Part shown: positions 38,673 to 64,000 of the stretch, one piece after another
How the letters are laid out: the number at the start of each line of letters is the position of its first letter
Position numbering within the stretch: the first letter of the stretch is position 1
Origin: Tubulanus polymorphus
Lineage: Eukaryota > Animalia > Nemertea
Direction of reading: 5' to 3'
Length of the DNA stretch: 64,000 bases
Assembly: GCF_964204645.1 (NCBI RefSeq)
Contig: NC_134034.1
Span: 2,418,072 to 2,482,071 of the forward strand
Position numbers and translations under genes: made by a program
The notes under the pieces: generated by a model
Seen by the model: only the letters and a program-made list of their open reading frames with translations
Database searches by the model: none
Told to the model about the DNA's origin: nothing

Positions 38673-39750
38673 TGAATATACAATCTATTTAATGAATATA
38701 TGCTACCATTCGTCAGCTCGAACCCCTACTAAGATATTTCCAGTAGACGACAATAACCCTCGCGACTTTCTCCGACCAGCGGTAATAAATGTCAACGTGT
38801 GTTCATTTCGTATATTAAACCCCGGTAAGAAAAACCTTCAAATTCATTGAATATCGCGTTTCATTTCAAATGGCAAACGATAAGATTATACGTATGCATA
38901 AACACTGACTGTCCCCACCTCACAATGCATTCGAAGATGATTAGATTCTGTTCAATGCAGAATATATGTATTCATCTTGAAGTAGGGAATATCCAATTGT
39001 TTCAACGATTCGGTTTGAATTTTGTATCCCACACGGACTCGTCATAAAACAGGGGTTAGAGAATTCAGTTAAAACGCCGAATATCATATAATAATCTTTG
39101 AATAGATATTTATTTATGTTTCACATTCATTATTAAATAGTATCTTTCAGGGCATGTACGGTACTGCCTTCGCTTGGAGATGTCCGTGTTATCGTTGAGA
39201 ATACAGACTTAACTTAACATAACTTAACTTAACAAACTATTAGCTCAAGGAAACATGTCAAATTCTATTCCTCATTTCCAGTGTGGGACTTGAGATACTG
39301 TATATTCGTCACAGAATGGACGGTTACGATTGTGCGCGGCTTTCTTCGCGAAAATAAGAGCGCAACAGAATGAAAACCAAAAAGGGCAAAACGTTTTGAA
39401 TTCAGTTTTGCCCAACAACACATGATAAGCAGACGCCGACGATAACGCCTCTTACGCAGACGGAAATACGTTGTATTTTTGCCGTGCGCGTTGGACTTGC
39501 AGGGGTGGGATGCGTCCATATCTCCCCTTTCTCCCATCTCCGCGCCCCTCTTAACGTCGCGCCCCACGCCCTGTCCCCTCTCCGTACATCTTTCACGTTC
39601 CGCAAAACTCCGGTAATGACGTCATGGTAATCGGCAAAATGCGTAACAGAACGCGGCTAATGTGACATTTTGTTTCCGCGAATTTTTTTCCTGCAAAACC
39701 GGGAGTAGGGTTATCGGGTACTGAGATGACGTTACTTAAGCTATTAAGTT

Positions 39751-39860
<110 letters not shown>

Positions 39861-40249
39861 CATTTGCGCTGCATGATTTGGTCTGTTTTTGCTGGAGAAA
39901 TTTGACGCATCTTCCATTTCCATGTCTATTAACCTCGCTGGTTAAAACATGATGATCGTATGACGTTATGTGACATTATATATCCTCTAAATACATATAT
40001 GGCAGCAACCGCAACTGCTAGCGCAGTACATGTTCATAATCTTATTTCAATTCTCGACTCAAACTAAACGGAGATATTTTTCTGAAACCTGAATTACACT
40101 AGTTTCGCTAGCTTTGTATAATCATTTATAACACCGTCTCCTCCCGGGGGTTAAGTCTATACAACTTGGTCCACAGATGTTTTTGAATAAACCCCGTCGG
40201 CGAGGAAGAGATAATAAGCCGAATTTCAACGGACTTGCGGGCTGGTTAT

Positions 40250-40393
40250 CTGGCTGGCTGGTTGGCTGGCTGGCTGACTGGCTGACTGACTGACTGACTG
40301 ACTGACTGACTGACTGACTGACTGACTGACTGACTGACTGACTGACTGACTGACTGACTGACTGACTGACTGACTGACTGATTGACTGACTGA
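40250..40393. repeat. (GGCT)n grading into (GACT)n microsatellite
   Basis: Direct reading. Confidence 0.95.
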
Positions 40394-40865
40394 GTGGTGC
40401 TGCTATACGGTACCATGTTCAAATCTCGATCATTTATCGACTATTGAAAGCGACAGTTTTGTATCTTCTGCACCGCCGGCAGAAAATACAAATACAAAAA
40501 CCAAGCCGTACGCTTTATCCAAATTTCACAGTCTGCGTTCAAGTGATTTCATACGTGTTTACCCTCCCGGAGCTACGGGGCTGCATTGACGCATCTCCGT
40601 GTGTGGAGACGCCCCAACAATGATTAGCATTTGAAAGTCGTCTGACACGTGACCCCTCCGGCCATGCCCGCACTCACACTTTAACTGCAAGCGGGCCGGA
40701 GAGGTTTGTTTGTAAAACTGATAAAATGTCAAAGATTAGTCTGGGATGAAATATCTCGCGGCTTTGTTTTTCTTACGTCTACTTTAATCTCAGAGAGGGC
40801 ACCGCGGATAAAAGCCAAACTTGAACAATGAACGTCTTCAATATCAATGTGCTCCAAAATGCTGT

Positions 40866-41080
40866 CGCGGCAAAAGAGGATTCCATTTATGGCAAATGAT
40901 GATCCACCAGGTGTCGCTAGTGTGCAGTAGGACCATCAACTACTGCGGCAATATAGGATTTCGCTTGTGGCAAGTGATGATCCACCAGGTGTCGCTAGTC
41001 TACAGTAGGAAATCAACTATTGTCACAATAGAGGATTCCACTTGCGGCAGGCGATGGTCCACCAGGTGTCGCTAGTGTGC
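40866..41080 (+). repeat. 77-bp minisatellite cluster
   Basis: 3 units. Confidence 0.85.
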
Positions 41081-42446
41081 AAAATTATGCCAAATTTCTT
41101 TTCAAATTCTTTTAGAATCTATCTATCATTTACCAAATTCTATAACGAATAGTGAATAAAACCCGCGCTAGAAATTAGGTTGAAAGCGGATAAAAAAATG
41201 AACTCAATTTTGACACGTCCTTGTCCTTTTGGTACGCGCGCGCCATCTTGCGGAAGAGCCAGCTGCAAAAGGTCCTCGCGTCGTAGCGGTTTTGTGACTG
41301 ACAATCGAAGAAAGCAACTGTGAAGATATTTTTTCGAATGATTTAATAGCGGATTTCTGTGACGAGTGAACTGTCTCCCACGGAAGGGCAACGTCGGCCA
41401 CTGATCAGTCGTCTGTTCGAAATCACGCGTCAACATTTACGAACACGTAAATTTGCGTGACGTCAAATATTTCCGGCAATCAAACGGAATATCGTCAAGT
41501 CCATTGTAGCGCCTAATCCGACCGGTGTTTATAGACCTACTCGATGATCGTGACGTTATTTCTCGAATAACGGTAGGAATACCATCCGGCTGAAAGGGTC
41601 GCGAACCGAGCGCGTTAAGTGAATATCAATCTTAGCTTACGGATCGAATTACACGCACGACGAGCCCCCGGTTCCACCCGCGGTCCCAGCACACATTGTA
41701 AAGGTTCAGTTGAAAAATCTACCACTTAAGAATTTATAACATTGAAAATGAATTGATCTTAACTCAGACTAGTCAACTCTTAGTGACAAATTGTAGCCTG
41801 TTCGTCGATTTGAGTTTTCGATGCCTTTCCTTATGCTGCAGAATGAAACGGCACAAGTAGTAGTCTGAAGGTTGGACTAGTTTATTTGACGCGCAAAACT
41901 ACACGCACCGCTCTGAGATGAACGAATCGGTCAACGCACATCACCCGTCCACACCCACGATCCACGCGATATTTTTTTACACACGCGGTTTTCGCCGACA
42001 GAGACATTTCGGATTTTAATACGAAATCATACGGTGCGCGCGGCGATCTATGAATATTCATGAGGCGTAAAATCGTCGTCATACACGAGATTCGATATTA
42101 AAAAAAGAAAAAAACAATCCATCATGTTGCGCCGGCGACACTTGTATGTATATATAAACCCGATACATTGACGCACGTCAATTCGTTTTATACATTACCG
42201 TCGTCCAAGCACGAATTCCGTCGATTCTGAAATTAGATTTTCATTATTTCGCACGCGTGGCCTATTCGCTTCTCGTTATACAGCATTTCATTTTTATGTT
42301 TCATTTTCTGTCTACAAAAAACTAACGACGAACTTAGAGAAATGCATTCTCAAAATTTATCGTTTCTATGCAGATATGTTTGTCTCTTTTTCGCAACCAT
42401 AACTTTTCAAACGGTTTCTTTGTTACGAAGGCCTTGAATTCGATTT

Positions 42447-42885
42447 GTGGCGAGTGAAGATCCTCCAGGTGTCGCTAGTGTGCAGTAGGACATCAACTAC
42501 TGCGGCAATAGAGGATTCCACTTGTGTCAATTGAGGAACTATCAGGTGTCGCTAGTGTGCAGTAGGACATAAACTACTTTGGCAATGAGGGATTCCATTT
42601 GTGGCATATTACGATCCACCAGGTGTCGCTAGTGTGCAGTAGGACATCAACTACTGCGGCAAAAGAGGATTCCACTTGTGTCAATTGAGGAACTATCAGG
42701 TGTCGCTAGTGTGCAGTAAGACATAAACTACTTTGGCAATGAGGGATTCCATTTGTGGCATATTACGATCCACCAGGTGTCGCTAGTGTGCAGTAGGACA
42801 CCAATCAGCTATTATCTCTATCTCTAAACTACTGCTGCAATCGAGCATTCCACAACTAGCAACTGTCAATCCAGGTGTCGCTAGT
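42447..42885 (+). repeat. 77-bp cluster with a 154-bp dimer duplication
   Basis: Alternating GAGGAACTATCAGG and TTACGATCCACCAGG variants. Confidence 0.9.
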
Positions 42886-44384
42886 AGTAAGTCGGCCCCC
42901 CACGCTTCAGTTTTTGAATCGATGATTCCACTTGCGGCTGGTCCGCCACTTTAGATGCTCGGGTCTTTCGGGCTTCAATTTTTCCGAGTTTCCGTAGAAG
43001 ACAACGCTACTGTGGCAATCGAGGGCTGAGTCAGACGAGGCGTGACGCGTGAAACTAATCGAAGACAAGACAATCATCGGGGTGAACGCTATTAATTACA
43101 AGGCTCGTTAACATTTCAAAACGCTGGTTAGCAATTACACATATCATAACCGGAGGGTCAGTACTATCCGGTAAAGGGGAACATTCAGGTGTTGTTTGCC
43201 GATGGTATTTATAAACGGCAGAAATCTAAGCGACGCTCAGCGAGACAATGTGTGAAAAGAGGACAACGCTGTTTACACCGTCAATACTAAATACTTGACT
43301 GGCTGCGAAATGTCAATGGACGACAATCGAGACAACTTTCTTTCGTGGAAGGAATATCGGACAGTCCGAAGGGGGATATGTGCGTAGCTTTGAAGAGGAA
43401 TAGCGGTTTTTGCACGGTTTCAGCTGCGCGGACCTGGAATAGTACGATATCGGAGTGTTTAGGTCGATATTTATCGGTAACTCGTCGAGGAAAAAGCGGG
43501 TGAAAGTGTCCATTCGCGTCGACTGCTGGGGAAAATGGAAAAGCGGGTGAATTGTCGATCGTAGCCGCGAATGCTCGTGGTTCCCGTTGGTGGAAAACTG
43601 GAAGATAAGGAAATACTGTTAGGTATCCGTGGTTCGGAACTGAAAGCGATTTATTCGCAGTTTCGTCTCGAAATCGCGGTGAAGCGATACGAAATTATAA
43701 CGATTAGATCATGCGAAGTTATTGTTTGAAAAGTGGAAATATTATTTCGGGCCGCACAGCTTGGACAGAAGAAAAGTAGGATTTAGTAGGATTTGACAGA
43801 AGGTATTGAGTAAAGTAAAAGTCGGGGGCATCACTCTAGTTCTAAATATGAGATTTCCTCGGGACTAATTTGTACATGAAAACACCATAGACTTAAAATC
43901 GGATCGAGTTAGCGTACCATACCATAACATGCCATATTATAGTGAACCATAACATAACATGCCATATCATAGCGTACCATACCATTCCAATAATACCAAA
44001 TCGTATGATATCATACCAATCCTACCCATAGCATATATATATAATACCAAATCATATCATACCGTACAGTAATATATTGTATCATTATTCTATAGATAGC
44101 CCCCCGCGACGCTTTTCTTCCGCTAAACTCGGTGAGAAAACTCGGAAAGCAGATCGATGATTAGTGATTGATCACCAGAGACATCAATACGGCGGCGGTG
44201 GTGGTGGTGGCGGCGGCGGTGGTTGTTGCGCTAGTTGTTGTTGTTCGGCAGTTTTAAGCTCTTATGGTACGATACGCGTTTTAAGGATCTCTTTAACTCT
44301 CGAATATCATTCGTGGAAATTGAGTTTTCACGATACCCGCGTAGGCAACAGAAACGTCTCAAACTAATTGCCTAACCACTCCAA

Positions 44385-44665
44385 TTGTGCCAAGCATCGA
44401 TTCGTCACAATGATCCACCAGGTGTCGCTAGTGGCTACCCGGTTACCGCACTTCAATATCTTCTGCATTCCAATAAAATTCAAATCAATAATTCAATATA
44501 GCAAATCAATTTGCAGCAGTAAGTAGGAAGCTGAATCTAATCTACTCGATGTCTCTTTGATTATTTTTGTATGTTCGCATTCGGAAGCCTAAAAATCCGG
44601 TTGTTAATTGAAAATTAACCAACTTTCACCACGAATATACTCAATGGACCATCTGGTGGTCGCCA
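44385..44665 (+). mobile_element. ~300-bp parent element copy
   Basis: GATCCACCAGGTGTCGCTAGTGGC...TTACCGCACTTCAAT...GAAAATTAACC...CCATCTGGTGG, collinear with 20981-21275. Confidence 0.55.
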
Positions 44666-44934
44666 ACACGCCATTGTTGCTACAGATGACCGCCATTGTC
44701 GCAGATGCCTGAAATATGTTTTCAGGGTTTACCACGGAGTCACGTTTCACATGTAATTCTTTTGAGCAAATCGTCGTGGCAAAAGTTCACGCAGTTTACA
44801 ATATCGGCTTGGTAACAATTACAGCAACCGCCTCGCCTCGCCTCGCCTCGCCTCGCCTCTAGCCTCGATATACTGATGACATCGTGCACACATCCTCTCA
44901 AAAATCATAACCAGAATTTATCAAATATAAGATG

Positions 44935-45071
44935 AGAGAGAGGGAGGGAGGGAGGGAGGGAGGGAGGGAGGGAGGGAGGGAGGGAGGGAGGGAGGGAGGG
45001 AGGGAGGGAGGGAGGGAGGGAGGGAGGGAGGGAGGGAGGGAGGGAGAGAGGGAGGGATGGAGGGAGGGAGG

Positions 45072-45115
<44 letters not shown>
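44935..45115. repeat. (GGGA)n plus (GA)n microsatellite
   Basis: Direct reading. Confidence 0.97.
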
Positions 45116-45117
<2 letters not shown>

Positions 45118-45608
45118 CAATTTTGATGACGTAGTGCGCATCGACTCACTTAGAACGCATATATATAATCTAATGTATGTAAACATTATTATAATGGTTG
45201 TTATGACGTCAAAAGATGGTAGATTTTGCCCCGCTGAATAAACCGCCATTTTTATATATTTTTCCACTTTTAGGGGTCCCACCAGTTTCGTAGCAACGCG
45301 ACGATCAATCAAAAGTTAAATTCAATTTATTCTGCGAGCTTGTCACGCGTTCGCTAGCGGGATTCGAAGTCGTTCGTAATAAAAAAGCTTTCATTTTTCA
45401 ATTTGACTCATTTTCCCGATAAAGTTATGTACGGTACAATGTACCGCTAGTGAAAGTTCCTTAATTTCAAACTACTGATCTGTCTAAGGTGTTTATCGAT
45501 TGAATCAGCTTCCATTGATATCGCTATTGATAGGTTAAATCCCCTTATTTTTGCAGATTGAAATATTCAAAATTGCCGCCATGTTTACCACCAGCCGATG
45601 ACGTCACG

Positions 45609-63887
<18,279 letters not shown>

Positions 63888-64000
63888 GTAAGTTAAAACC
63901 AACAAAAAGTTTTTATCTCATAATATTTATATCTTCGAAATTTCTAGTGCGTTCCTTCAGTTGTGTTAAGATTTAAGGTTCACCTTTCAAATACTAAGCC

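Overview
Eukaryotic, repeat-rich, AT-rich animal genomic DNA with little CpG depletion; an invertebrate (lophotrochozoan-like) origin is my inference. It is not prokaryotic, and almost all ORFs in the supplied track are artefacts of microsatellites or minisatellites. One real protein-coding gene is supported: a + strand class B1 (secretin-family) GPCR of the calcitonin/CGRP/DH31-receptor type. Six exons splice in frame with GT-AG boundaries (45609-45644, 53559-54018, 54463-54560, 57564-57655, 59751-59898, 63737-63887), and the gene runs off the right edge after the start of TM4. An intact tRNA-Arg(TCG) lies in the last complete intron. The rest is a dense mix of PIF/Harbinger-like and piggyBac-like MITEs (some nested), tRNA-derived SINE relics, an RTE-type LINE 3' fragment, Penelope-like palindromic relics with decayed hammerhead cores, and several dispersed minisatellite families (35, 39, 47, 77, 78, ~109 and ~59/118 bp). 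Most notable: (1) a ~1.1 kb array built from a copy of an exon 3' end and splice donor, nearly every unit carrying a CTCF-like motif; (2) the 77-bp family traces to one end of a ~300-bp element with paired CTCF-like inverted motifs; (3) at least three minisatellites visibly derive from MITEs also present intact in the window. All counts and alignments were made by eye; no searches were run.
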